Shown here: positions 46,967-56,381 of the stretch, piece after piece
Numbering within the stretch: position 1 is the stretch's first letter
How the letters are laid out: the number at the start of each line of letters is the position of its first letter
Assembly: GCA_049512575.1 (NCBI GenBank)
Contig: JBEKWY010000007.1
Coordinates: forward strand, 1,570 to 65,569
Length of the DNA stretch: 64,000 nt
DNA from: Candidatus Acidiferrum sp.
GTDB taxonomy: Bacteria > Acidobacteriota > Terriglobia > Acidiferrales > UBA7541
Reading direction: 5' to 3'
Notes under the pieces: generated by a model
What the model saw: the letters and a program-made list of their open reading frames with translations, nothing else
Told to the model about the DNA's origin: nothing
Databases searched by the model: none
Made by a program: the position numbers and the translations under genes

Positions 46967-48778
46967 TTACTCTTCGTCGCCGGTGGAGGTCACTTTGAGG
47001 ACGGCGAGGAAGGCTTCTTGCGGAATGTCCACCTGGCCGACGCGCTTCATGCGCTTTTTGCCTTCTTTTTGTTTCTCGAGGAGTTTGCGTTTGCGCGAAA
47101 TGTCGCCACCGTAGCACTTGGCCAGCACGTTCTTGCGAATTGCGGCGACAGTTTCGCGGGCGATCACGCGGCTGCCGATGGCAGCCTGGATCGGCACCTC
47201 GAACATTTGCCGCGGGATCAGTTTGCGCAGCCGCGTCACGAGTTCGCGGCCGCGCTCGTAGGCTTGTTCGCGATGGCAAATCATCGACAGCGCGTCGACC
47301 GGCTCGCCGCCGACCAGCACGTCGAGCTTGATCAAATCGGATTCGGTGTAGCCGGCAAGGTGATAGTCGAGTGAAGCGTAGCCGCGCGAGACGCTTTTGA
47401 GCCGGTCGTAGAAATCGAGCACGATTTCGTTCAGTGGCAGTTCGTACGTCAGCATCACGCGCGTCGGCGACAAATATTCAAAGCCTTTTTGCGTTCCGCG
47501 CTTGTCCTGGCAGAGCTGCAAAATTCCGCCGACGGAGTCGTCGCTGGTGATGATCATGGCTTTGATGATCGGCTCGGAGATTTTTGCAATGTCGCTGGGC
47601 GTCGGAAATTTCGCCGGGCTGTCGACTTCGATCACTTCGCCGGTCACGCGCGTGATCTGATAGCGCACGCTCGGCGCGGTGGTAATCAGGTTCAGCCCGA
47701 ACTCGCGCTCCAGCCGCTCCTGCACGATCTCCATGTGCAGCAAGCCCAGAAATCCGCAGCGGAAGCCGAATCCCAGCGCCGCGGAATTTTCCGGCTCATA
47801 AAAAAATGCCGCGTCGTTCAGTTTCAACTTGCCGAGCGCATCGCGCAGCGGCTCGTAATCGTCCGCCAGCACCGGGAAAAGCCCCGCGAAGACCATCGGC
47901 TTGATCTCTTCAAATCCCGGGAGCGCTGGCGCAGGACGATCCGCCTCGGTTAAGGTGTCGCCCATCCGCGCGTCGGCGACGTCCTTGATGTTGGCAACGA
48001 CAAATCCCACGTCGCCGGCCTCGAGTTCGTCCAGCGCGACGGGTTTCGGCGTGAGCGTCCCGAGCGTTTCGACCTCGTACACTTCGTTGCTGTAGACAAG
48101 CCGGATTTTTGTGTGCCGGTTGATACGGCCTTCCATCACGCGAACCAGAACTACCGCGCCGCGGTAAATATCGAACCACGAATCGAAGATCAGCGCTTGC
48201 AGCGGATTCTCGGCGCTGCCTTTTGGCGGCGGCACGCGCTTCACAATCGCTTCCAGCACGTCTTCCACGCCGAGGCCGCTTTTCGCGCTGATCAGCAACG
48301 CGTCCGCCGCCGGAATCGCCAGCACGTTTTCGATCTGCTCTTTCACAAAATCAGGCTGCGCCGCGGGGAGATCGATCTTGTTGATCACCGGAAGAATCGT
48401 GAGGTTGTGTCCTGCTGCGAGAAAAGTATTGGCGACGGTCTGTGCTTCCACACCTTGGCTCGCGTCGACAACCAGCAGCGCGCCTTCGCACGCCGACAAC
48501 GCGCGCGATACCTCGTAGGAAAAATCGACGTGGCCCGGAGTGTCGATTAGGTTCAAGCGGTAAGTGTTTCCGTCTTTCGCTTTATAGTGGAGGCGAATAC
48601 TTTTTGCTTTGATGGTGATGCCGCGCTCGCGCTCCAGGTCCATGGAGTCGAGCACTTGCTCGTGCATCTCGCGCGAAGAGAGAGCGCCGGTCATTTCCAG
48701 CAGGCGGTCCGCCAGCGTGGATTTGCCGTGGTCGATATGCGCGATGATACAGAAATTGCGTATGAACTGTGGATCCAT
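46967..48778 (-). CDS. lepA: Elongation factor 4 (LepA)
   Basis: [66 protein letters not shown]. Confidence 0.99.
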   Translation of the reverse strand: MDPQFIRNFCIIAHIDHGKSTLADRLLEMTGALSSREMHEQVLDSMDLERERGITIKAKSIRLHYKAKDGNTYRLNLIDTPGHVDFSYEVSRALSACEGALLVVDASQGVEAQTVANTFLAAGHNLTILPVINKIDLPAAQPDFVKEQIENVLAIPAADALLISAKSGLGVEDVLEAIVKRVPPPKGSAENPLQALIFDSWFDIYRGAVVLVRVMEGRINRHTKIRLVYSNEVYEVETLGTLTPKPVALDELEAGDVGFVVANIKDVADARMGDTLTEADRPAPALPGFEEIKPMVFAGLFPVLADDYEPLRDALGKLKLNDAAFFYEPENSAALGFGFRCGFLGLLHMEIVQERLEREFGLNLITTAPSVRYQITRVTGEVIEVDSPAKFPTPSDIAKISEPIIKAMIITSDDSVGGILQLCQDKRGTQKGFEYLSPTRVMLTYELPLNEIVLDFYDRLKSVSRGYASLDYHLAGYTESDLIKLDVLVGGEPVDALSMICHREQAYERGRELVTRLRKLIPRQMFEVPIQAAIGSRVIARETVAAIRKNVLAKCYGGDISRKRKLLEKQKEGKKRMKRVGQVDIPQEAFLAVLKVTSTGDEE

Positions 48779-48873
48779 GAGTGTTCAATACCGGCAGGAG
48801 CTTCCTACGCGCGAGTCCTACGACGCACGCAGCGCAAAACCGCGCCGTGTAATCATTCAGTTTGCCACAAGAC

Positions 48874-48905
48874 GAAGTAAAGAAGTAAGGAAGTAGAGAC
48901 GTAAA
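48874..48905 (+). repeat. Solo octamer array x4 (GAAGTAAT family)
   Basis: GAAGTAAA GAAGTAAG GAAGTAGA GACGTAAA. Confidence 0.8.
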
Positions 48906-49224
48906 GAACGAAGCGAGCCAGGAAGCTTGAGGAAGAAAACAGCGAAAGGAAGCTGCGGAAATCGCGTGCGCCGGTGGAGTGCCTCTATAGAGGCTTGCCG
49001 CTTGCGCGTCGCCGCATGGCGTGTGTTTTGCCCGTCTTCTGCCAGCGGTATATAGTTACAAAGGATAGCTTAAAAAGGAGCCGCTCGCGTTCTGTGTCGC
49101 GAGCCGCTTCGTGTCCACGACTCTGCAGAACAGCACGAAATACGCAGGAAATACGAAACACGCAAAGAACTGTAAGCCCTTCGCAACTCGGGCAGGTAAT
49201 AGAGGGTAAAGGCAAGCCGCACGG

Positions 49225-51837
49225 ATGGCCTCAGACATCAGCAAGCACCTGGATCGCGCCAAGCGTTTCCTCGAAAAGAATCGTGTCGAGGATGCGATCG
49301 AAGCGTATTTGGCGGTGATCGACGCGGCGCCGCAGCACCAAGAGGCTACGCAGGCGCTGGGCGATCTCTACGCGCGCATGGAGCAACCGGATCGCGCGGC
49401 GATCTACTACGGTCTTCTTTTTGATTTGCTGGTCGAGCCGCGGGACGAAATCAAGGCGCTGGCCATTTACAACCGGTTCCTGCGGCCAGCACCGGGACAT
49501 CAGCCACCCGAACGCATCGCGCGGTACGCTTTCCTGCAACAGAAGCAAAATCGCTTCGACGAAGCAATCGAGCAATACTCGAAAGCGGCCGAAATTTTCA
49601 CGGAGTCAGGCCGAGCCGAGGATGCCCTGTTTTGCTGGGAGCGGACCGCGCAGCTCGCTCCGGAAAACATTTCGCGGCAGCTCCGGCTGGCGGAAGCCGC
49701 CGAGAAAATCGGCAAGAATGCGCTGGCTGCCAGAGCGTTTCTGCGCACGGGACAGCTCGCTTCTGCCAGTGGAGCCAAAGCGGAAGCACTCCAGTATCTC
49801 GGACGAGCCTACAAACTAGCGCCGCAGGAACGCAGCGTCGCGCTTTTGTACGCCGACGCCACGCTGAAATCAGGTGATGCCACGCAAGCCGCAGCGTTGC
49901 TGGAGCCATTCGCGGCAGCCGAAAAAGACGCCACCTTCCTGGACACCTACGCTGACGCGCTCATGTCGTCCGGGCAACTCGATCGCGCCCGTGAAGTCCT
50001 TGAGGGACTCCTGCGCGAGAAAAACGAAGGCATCTCGCGATTATTCGAGCTGGTGGACTTGTGCATTGCGGCGGGGCAGGACGCAAAAGCGGTGGAACTC
50101 CTGCAGATGCTGAAGAAGCGCATGTTTGCGGACAAGCGACAGAATGATTTCGCGACGCAGATGGACAGCGTGGGAGCGAAGCATCCGACGTCGGAGCCGA
50201 TCCTGGAATTCTGGGCGGCTCTCTACAATGAGTTGAACCGCGAATCACAGTACTTCGAAATCCTGATCAAGCTGTTTGACGTTTACCTGAATAGTGGAAA
50301 TATCGCGAAGGCCGGCGACGCGATCGAAAGGCTTGTGGATATCGATGCTTACGACCATCGCAATCAGGAACGCATTCAGCGCATGCGCGGCCGCGTCGAT
50401 GACGGCTTCCTGAAGCGGATCGAGGCCCGACTTGCCAAGTCCGGCACGGTAGGCGCACCGCACGTTGCACAGCCGCGCCAATCGGGGGCCGAGGGCGGAA
50501 GCGCCTCGCAGGCGGTTACCGAAGAAGGCCGCAAGATGCAGGCGCTGGAAGACTTGATCGTCCAGACCGAGATTTTTCTGCAGTATTCGCTGCAGGCGAA
50601 GGCGCTGGAGCGATTGCAAAAGATCGCGGCGATGTTCCCCGGTGAAGAAGAGCGTCATCCGCGGCTGCGGAATCTCTATCAGTTGGCCAATTGGTGGCCA
50701 CAGGGCGCGCCGAAAGCGAAAGCGCCCGAACCCGCGGGAGCGCCGCCACCGCCTCCTGCATCGCGGCCAGAACCGGCGCCAGAGCCGTCTTCGAACGTGA
50801 CCACCAGGACGGGCGTGTACACCGCGGAAACCCTTCGTGATTTGGCAAAAATCTCCGAAATCAACCAGAAAATATTCCGCCAGCAAACGCCGCGGGCGAT
50901 GCTCAACACAGCGGTGAATGAGGTTGGCGGTTATCTTCGCGCCTCACGCGCACTCGCCGTAGTCGGAGCGCCGGGGCGTCCTCCGGAACTTGCCGCGGAA
51001 TACTGCGCGCAAGGCCTACGCCCTGCGCCCGGAGCGCAAGTTGTGTTCCTGATCGCGCACATGGAAAAAGCGCAGCCCGATGAGCTTGGCGGCTTGATGG
51101 TGGACGCGACGGAAGGGTCGATCCTTAGCGAGCTTGGTCTGGCCACCGCGCTCGGAGTGATCATCACAGACAAAGAAACGCAAATCCCGGCGGGCATGTT
51201 GATCGTGGCGCACGCTGAACTTCACAAATGGAAGCCGAATGAGGCTTACTTTCTGCAAGCCATCGGCGATCAGATGCTGATGAGCGTAAGCCATACGCGG
51301 CTGAGATCTTTGGTGCGGCGGATGGGAGTGTCCGACGAGCGGACTGGGCTATTGAGCCGCAGTTCCTACCAGAGTTGCTTGCTTACCGAAGCGGACCGAT
51401 CGCGGTCGCAAGGGACGCCGCTGGCGCTGGCGATTTTGCAAATCGATCGCGGCGCGGAAATTCTGCGACAGCATGGAGAATCTCCGGTGGAGCGATTTCT
51501 AGAGCAGCTGGCGAGGTCGCTGCAGCCGATCGTGCGGCAGAATGACGTGGCGGTGAAATATACGTCGTGGTCGTTGGCGTTTATTCTGCCGGACACCACG
51601 CTCGCGGGGGCGCAGAACCTTGCGGACAAATTGCGGCGGGCGGCTTCGGGTGTGCGGCCACCCTGGGATTCGACGCAGATTACGTTGAGCGCGGGAATTG
51701 TGGAGGCGGTGGCGAAGGCCGACTACGAGAGCGAGGATATTGTGACCGATTTGATCAATCGGGCTGAGAATTCCGCGGAAGAAGCGCGCAAACAGGGTGG
51801 GGACACGATTGTGGCGTTGGAGAGCCCGAAGGTTTGA
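49225..51837 (+). CDS. TPR-repeat / GAF / degenerate GGDEF protein
   Basis: N-terminal TPR-like helices, Pro-rich linker, GAF-like region, C-terminal DERTGLLSRSSY...RQNDVAVKYTSWSLAFILPDT...AQNLADKLR...ITLSAGI GGDEF fold without the GG(D/E)EF motif. Confidence 0.85.
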   Translation: MASDISKHLDRAKRFLEKNRVEDAIEAYLAVIDAAPQHQEATQALGDLYARMEQPDRAAIYYGLLFDLLVEPRDEIKALAIYNRFLRPAPGHQPPERIARYAFLQQKQNRFDEAIEQYSKAAEIFTESGRAEDALFCWERTAQLAPENISRQLRLAEAAEKIGKNALAARAFLRTGQLASASGAKAEALQYLGRAYKLAPQERSVALLYADATLKSGDATQAAALLEPFAAAEKDATFLDTYADALMSSGQLDRAREVLEGLLREKNEGISRLFELVDLCIAAGQDAKAVELLQMLKKRMFADKRQNDFATQMDSVGAKHPTSEPILEFWAALYNELNRESQYFEILIKLFDVYLNSGNIAKAGDAIERLVDIDAYDHRNQERIQRMRGRVDDGFLKRIEARLAKSGTVGAPHVAQPRQSGAEGGSASQAVTEEGRKMQALEDLIVQTEIFLQYSLQAKALERLQKIAAMFPGEEERHPRLRNLYQLANWWPQGAPKAKAPEPAGAPPPPPASRPEPAPEPSSNVTTRTGVYTAETLRDLAKISEINQKIFRQQTPRAMLNTAVNEVGGYLRASRALAVVGAPGRPPELAAEYCAQGLRPAPGAQVVFLIAHMEKAQPDELGGLMVDATEGSILSELGLATALGVIITDKETQIPAGMLIVAHAELHKWKPNEAYFLQAIGDQMLMSVSHTRLRSLVRRMGVSDERTGLLSRSSYQSCLLTEADRSRSQGTPLALAILQIDRGAEILRQHGESPVERFLEQLARSLQPIVRQNDVAVKYTSWSLAFILPDTTLAGAQNLADKLRRAASGVRPPWDSTQITLSAGIVEAVAKADYESEDIVTDLINRAENSAEEARKQGGDTIVALESPKV

Positions 51838-51842
51838 GAGAC

Positions 51843-51874
51843 GAAGTAAAGAAGTAATAAAGCAAAGAAGTAAT
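51843..51874 (+). repeat. Solo octamer array x4 (GAAGTAAT family)
   Basis: GAAGTAAA GAAGTAAT AAAGCAAA GAAGTAAT, 5 nt after the stop codon at 51837. Confidence 0.8.
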
Positions 51875-51930
51875 GAGAAAAAACAGGAAGCCATTGCGTT
51901 CCCGCGAACATTTTCCTGGGGGTTGGATTT

Positions 51931-51972
51931 GAGATCCTTCGGCTACCCTGATTGGGCAGCCTCAGGATGACA
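51931..51972 (+). repeat. Dispersed hairpin element GAGATCCTTCG...CCTCAGGATGACA
   Basis: Same termini as 54358-54399 and reverse complement of 33145-33225. Confidence 0.7.
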
Positions 51973-52063
51973 GTAACTGCCGTGGTCTGACGGGTACTTG
52001 TCCTTGGTAGATGTGCGCGTTGGTGGGACGGTGGACTGAAATGGTGCGGAGAGTGAGGTTGCG

Positions 52064-53254
52064 ATGTTTCCTGCGGATGTGGTGATTGTGGCTGGGGCGC
52101 GAACGCCGATGGCGCGGTATACCGGCTCGTTTTCGGAGGTATCGGCGATTGATTTGGCGGCGCATGCTTCGAAGGAAGCGATTCGGAGGTCGGGCGTCGA
52201 TCCCGCGGAGTTCGATCACGCTATTTTTGGCAATGTGATGCAGACGAGCGCGGACGCGCTTTACGGAGCGCGGCACGTTGGATTGAAAGCGGGGCTGAAA
52301 ATGGAAACACCCGCGGTGACGGTCAACCGGTTGTGCGGATCCGGAATCGAGGCTATTTCGCAGGCGGCGCATCGCTTGCTGCTGGGCGAAGCTGCGATGG
52401 TTCTGGCCGGCGGGATGGAGAATATGACGCAGTCGCCGTTTGTAATTCGCGGCGCACGCACCGGTCTGCGGCTTGGTGGAGGGGCGCTGGAAGATTCGTT
52501 GATGGCGGGACTGACGGATACGTATTGCGGGTTGCCGATGGCGTTGACGGCGGAGAAACTTGCGGAACAGCAGGGAATCACGCGCAAGGACGCGGACGCG
52601 TACGCTTTGCGCAGCCAACAGGCGGCGGATGCGGCGTACAAAGCGTGCCGCCTGAAGGAAGAACTTGTTCCGGTGGAAGTGAAGCAGGGGAAGAAGACGA
52701 TTGTCGTGAGTGAAGACGATCACCGGCGGCCGGATACGACGATGGAGATTTTGGAGAAGCTGCCGCCTTCGTTCAAGAAGGACGGGATTGTTACGGCGGG
52801 AAACGCCAGCGGAATTGTGGACGGGGCTGCGGCGGTGGTGGTCACGCGCGAAAAGATTGCGAAGGATCGCGGGTTGAAACCCGCTGGGCGGATTGTGTCC
52901 TGGGCGGTGGCCGGCGTCGATCCGAGCATTATGGGGATCGGGCCGGTGCCATCGTCGCAAAAGGCTTTGAAGCTGGCGGGGCTTACACTGGAGCAGATGG
53001 ATCGTGTCGAGGTGAACGAGGCGTTTGCGGCGCAGTATCTTGCGGTGGAGAAAGTTTTGGGGCTGAATCGCGACAACACGAACGTTAACGGTGGAGCGAT
53101 CGCTTTGGGTCATCCGCTGGGGGCTTCGGGTACCCGGCTCGTGATAACGATTTTGAACGAGCTGCGACGGAACAATTTGCGCTATGGATTGACGACGGCG
53201 TGTATTGGCGGGGGGCAGGGAATCGCTATGATCGTCGAGGCGCTGTACAATTAG
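52064..53254 (+). CDS. Acetyl-CoA C-acyltransferase (thiolase)
   Basis: TVNRLCGSG, TAGNASGIVDGAAA, EVNEAFAAQ, NVNGGAIALGHPLGASG, ACIGGGQG. Confidence 0.96.
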   Translation: MFPADVVIVAGARTPMARYTGSFSEVSAIDLAAHASKEAIRRSGVDPAEFDHAIFGNVMQTSADALYGARHVGLKAGLKMETPAVTVNRLCGSGIEAISQAAHRLLLGEAAMVLAGGMENMTQSPFVIRGARTGLRLGGGALEDSLMAGLTDTYCGLPMALTAEKLAEQQGITRKDADAYALRSQQAADAAYKACRLKEELVPVEVKQGKKTIVVSEDDHRRPDTTMEILEKLPPSFKKDGIVTAGNASGIVDGAAAVVVTREKIAKDRGLKPAGRIVSWAVAGVDPSIMGIGPVPSSQKALKLAGLTLEQMDRVEVNEAFAAQYLAVEKVLGLNRDNTNVNGGAIALGHPLGASGTRLVITILNELRRNNLRYGLTTACIGGGQGIAMIVEALYN

Positions 53255-53313
53255 CGGCGCGTTTGTGGGCGGGGGAAGAATAAGTCACCTGATACAGTAA
53301 AACTTGCTGAAAT

Positions 53314-53339
53314 GGGGCACAGCCGTGCTGTGCCCCTAC
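53314..53339 (-). repeat. GTAG-type REP-like palindrome
   Basis: Minus strand GTAG-GGGCACAGC-ACG-GCTGTGCCC; compensatory A-T for G-C pair relative to 7329-7353. Confidence 0.7.
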
Positions 53340-53409
53340 AAAAGACAGGCATCGAACGCGAGCATTCCGGAAATTAGTGGAACTGCTGCGGACTTTTCAC
53401 GAGGGAAGA

Positions 53410-54291
53410 ATGGCGATTCAAAAGGTGGGAGTTGTAGGGTGTGGATTAATGGGGTCGGGGATTGCGCAGGTGGCGGCGCAGGCGGGGTTTACGACCGTGG
53501 TGCGCGAGGTGTCGCCCGAGATTGTGGACAAGGGATTAAAGGGGATCGAGAAGAATCTGGCGCGGCTAGTGGAGAAGGGGGCGATTACCGAGGGGCAGAA
53601 AGCCGAAATTCGCGGACGGCTGAAGGGCACGACCGCGGTAGAGGATTTGAAGGATTGCGATTTGATTGTGGAGGCGATTATCGAGCAGCTTCCGGCGAAG
53701 CGGGAACTTTTTGCGAAGCTGGACGCGCTGTGTCCGCGCTCCACAATTTTCGTAAGCAACACATCTTCGCTGACGATCACGGAAATTGCTACGGCGACCA
53801 AGCGGCCGGAGCGATTTCTCGGGTTGCATTTTTTCAATCCTGTTCCGGTGATGAAATTGGTGGAAGTGGTGAGAACGATTGCGACCGACCCAGATGTGTA
53901 TGAGGAGGTGGTGGCGTTCGGGGCGAAATTGGGGAAGACGCCGGTTCGCGCGCACGACAGCACGGGATTCATCGTCAATCGATTGCTGGTGCCATATCTG
54001 CTGGATGCGATTCGGGCGCTGGAAGAGGGCGTTGGCTCGATTGAGGATATTGATAATTCGATGAAGCTTGGTTGCGGGCATCCGATGGGGCCGTTGACGC
54101 TGCTGGATTTCGTGGGGCTGGATACGACGTATTACATCGCGAATATTATGTTTGATGAGTTTCGCGAGCGGCGATTTGCGTCGCCGCCGTTGTTGAAGAG
54201 GATGGTTCTGGCGGGGTGGAACGGGCGGAAGGCAGGGCGGGGATTTTATGATTATTCGGATCCGCAGAAACCGAAGGCGATGAAGTTTTAG
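53410..54291 (+). CDS. 3-hydroxybutyryl-CoA / 3-hydroxyacyl-CoA dehydrogenase
   Basis: VGVVGCGLMGSGIAQ, VEAIIE, SNTSS, GLHFFNP, GFIVNRLL, GHPMGPLTLLDFVGLD. Confidence 0.95.
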   Translation: MAIQKVGVVGCGLMGSGIAQVAAQAGFTTVVREVSPEIVDKGLKGIEKNLARLVEKGAITEGQKAEIRGRLKGTTAVEDLKDCDLIVEAIIEQLPAKRELFAKLDALCPRSTIFVSNTSSLTITEIATATKRPERFLGLHFFNPVPVMKLVEVVRTIATDPDVYEEVVAFGAKLGKTPVRAHDSTGFIVNRLLVPYLLDAIRALEEGVGSIEDIDNSMKLGCGHPMGPLTLLDFVGLDTTYYIANIMFDEFRERRFASPPLLKRMVLAGWNGRKAGRGFYDYSDPQKPKAMKF

Positions 54292-54357
54292 GAGATGGCG
54301 TTTGGAAACGGCATCACTGACTGCGGCGACCGATGCGTTTTTGGTGGTTTGGACGTT

Positions 54358-54399
54358 GAGGTTCTTCGGGCATCCTCGTCGGATGCCCTCAGAATGACA
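54358..54399 (+). repeat. Dispersed hairpin element GAGGTTCTTCG...CCTCAGAATGACA
   Basis: Internal stem GGGCATCC/GGATGCCC; family of 51931. Confidence 0.7.
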
Positions 54400-54453
54400 G
54401 TTTTTTGGGTGAGATAACGGGGTTGCGAGCAATTGCCGGAGCGCGAGACGAAT

Positions 54454-55236
54454 ATGGGATTTGAGAATTTGCTGGTTGAAAAAAGAGACGGAATTGCGTT
54501 TGTTACCTTTAATCGACCGAAGGTGCTGAACGCACTGAATCGCAAGACAGTGGAAGAATTGCGCGACGTGCTTGTGGATGCACGCGACGATGCTTCGGTG
54601 CGCGTTCTCATTCTAACGGGCGCGGGAGAAAAATCGTTTGTTGCGGGCGCAGATATTGGCGAACTGGCGCAGCGCACGCCCGTTGACGGAAAAGATTTCT
54701 CACTGTTTGGGCAAAGTGTTTTCCATCTTTTGGAGACGATTGGGAAGCCTTCGATCTGCGCGATCAATGGTTTCGCGCTGGGCGGCGGCTGCGAGCTTGC
54801 GCTTTCTTGCACGATTCGGATCGCCAGCAAGACGGCGAAACTTGGGCAGCCGGAAGTGAAACTGGGGATTGTTCCGGGTTACGGCGGCTCGCAACGGCTG
54901 GCGCGGCTTTGTGGCAAGGGCGTGGCGCACGAACTTTGTCTTACCGGCGAAATGATCACGGCTGAGGAGGCGCAGCGGATCGGTTTGGTCAATCGAATTT
55001 ATGAGCCCGCGGAGCTTTTGCCGGCGGCCGAGGCGATGGCCAAGAAAATTATCGCGAATGCGCCGCTCGCCGTGAAATACACGATGGAAGCGATCGAGCG
55101 AGGCGTCGAAATGCCGCAGGAAGAGGGGCTTTTCCTGGAGGCAACGCTGTTTGGGCTTTCGTGCGCTACCGAGGATATGCGCGAGGGCACGAAGGCGTTT
55201 TTGGAGAAGCGGGCGGCACGCTTCCAGGGAAAATAA
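54454..55236 (+). CDS. Enoyl-CoA hydratase (crotonase)
   Basis: NRPKVLNAL, FVAGADI, INGFALGGGCELA, QPEVKLGIVPGYGGSQRL. Confidence 0.95.
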   Translation: MGFENLLVEKRDGIAFVTFNRPKVLNALNRKTVEELRDVLVDARDDASVRVLILTGAGEKSFVAGADIGELAQRTPVDGKDFSLFGQSVFHLLETIGKPSICAINGFALGGGCELALSCTIRIASKTAKLGQPEVKLGIVPGYGGSQRLARLCGKGVAHELCLTGEMITAEEAQRIGLVNRIYEPAELLPAAEAMAKKIIANAPLAVKYTMEAIERGVEMPQEEGLFLEATLFGLSCATEDMREGTKAFLEKRAARFQGK

Positions 55237-55254
55237 GCGAGCGCGAGCAGCGAC

Positions 55255-55782
55255 ATGGCAGAAAAACTCCAGCCCGGAAAAATCAGCGGCGAACTCAGCG
55301 GTGCGGGGTTGCGCTTTGGCATCGTTGTCAGCCGTTTCAACAGCTTTATTACTGAGCGATTGCTGTCCGCGTCCATCGATGCTCTGGAACGCGCCGGCGC
55401 TGTGAACAAGGATGTGGACGTCGTTCACGTTCCCGGGGCGTTTGAGTTGCCGCTGGCTGCGAAAAAACTTGCGGCGACTGGGCGCTATGATGCGCTGATC
55501 GCGATTGGTTGCGTTTTGCGTGGCGAGACCACGCACTACGATTACGTGTGCTCGGAAACGGCGCGGGGGTTGCAGCTGGCGCAGATGGACAGCGGGCTGC
55601 CGATTATTTTTTGTGTGCTGACTTGCGACACTTTGGAACAGGCCATCGATCGCGCGGGATTGAAGGGCGGTAACAAGGGTTTCGAGGCTGGGCTAGGGGC
55701 GATTGAGATGGCGCAGCTGTCGCGCAAACTGCGAGCGGGCAAGGCTGGGCCGGGCGCGGCGGGAAGGTCGCGGCGCAAATAA
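55255..55782 (+). CDS. ribH: 6,7-dimethyl-8-ribityllumazine synthase
   Basis: IVVSRFNSFIT, VPGAFELP, GCVLRGETTHYDYV, QAIDRAG.K.GNKG. Confidence 0.97.
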   Translation: MAEKLQPGKISGELSGAGLRFGIVVSRFNSFITERLLSASIDALERAGAVNKDVDVVHVPGAFELPLAAKKLAATGRYDALIAIGCVLRGETTHYDYVCSETARGLQLAQMDSGLPIIFCVLTCDTLEQAIDRAGLKGGNKGFEAGLGAIEMAQLSRKLRAGKAGPGAAGRSRRK

Positions 55783-55783
55783 C

Positions 55784-56212
55784 TTGTCTCTACGCACCAA
55801 ATCGCGCGAGTTCGCCATGCAAATGCTTTTTCAGTGGGACATGAGTCACCAGGAGCCGGCGAAGCTCGAGGACAAATTTTGGCGCGGTGCGAAAGCTACC
55901 GACTCCACGCGGAATTTCGCCAATCAGTTATTCGAGGGCGCCGCGAAGGATGTTGTCGCGCTGGACGAGTTGATTGTAAAGCACGCGGAGAACTGGCGTT
56001 TGGAACGGCTGGCGATTATCGATCGGGCGGTTTTGCGTTTGGCGATGCACGAGTTGCGGGCCACGGATACGCCGCCGAAGGTCGTTATCAATGAAGCTGT
56101 CGATCTTGCCAAGAAGTTTTCTTCGGAAGAGTCTGGCGCGTTTGTGAATGGCATTCTTGATGCTTTCCGGAAGACTCTGGCCACATCGCAACCGGCTGCT
56201 GAAACCCTTTGA
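55784..56212 (+). CDS. nusB: Transcription antitermination factor NusB
   Basis: RTKSREFAMQMLFQ, NWRLERLAIIDRAVLR, KVVINEAVDLAKKF, FVNGILD; follows ribH; TTG start assumed. Confidence 0.95.
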   Translation: MSLRTKSREFAMQMLFQWDMSHQEPAKLEDKFWRGAKATDSTRNFANQLFEGAAKDVVALDELIVKHAENWRLERLAIIDRAVLRLAMHELRATDTPPKVVINEAVDLAKKFSSEESGAFVNGILDAFRKTLATSQPAAETL

Positions 56213-56269
56213 TCGCGGAGTTCGCGTTTTTTCAAAGGTAAAGAGTTTGTGTAGCGATGCGAAAACGCG

Positions 56270-56327
56270 CCTCAGCGGCTAAAGCCGGATGGAAAGCGAG
56301 CCTTTGCCGCACGGCTGAAGCCGTGCC
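56270..56327. repeat. Double-hairpin element CGGC-TAAA-GCCG ... GCACGGC-TGAA-GCCGTGC between convergent genes
   Basis: Two related stems 20 nt apart in the nusB/phzF convergent gap. Confidence 0.55.
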
Positions 56328-56381
56328 GTCCGGTTGCCGCGCAGATTTTACAAAGCCTGTGTCACTTGGAGTGTTCCGACG

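Noticed and set aside
46500-49200. Chromosomal replication origin at the C-to-G skew flip
   Set aside because: No dnaA/dnaN/gidA/parAB context and no DnaA-box cluster seen there; an opposite flip lies only about 25 kb away.
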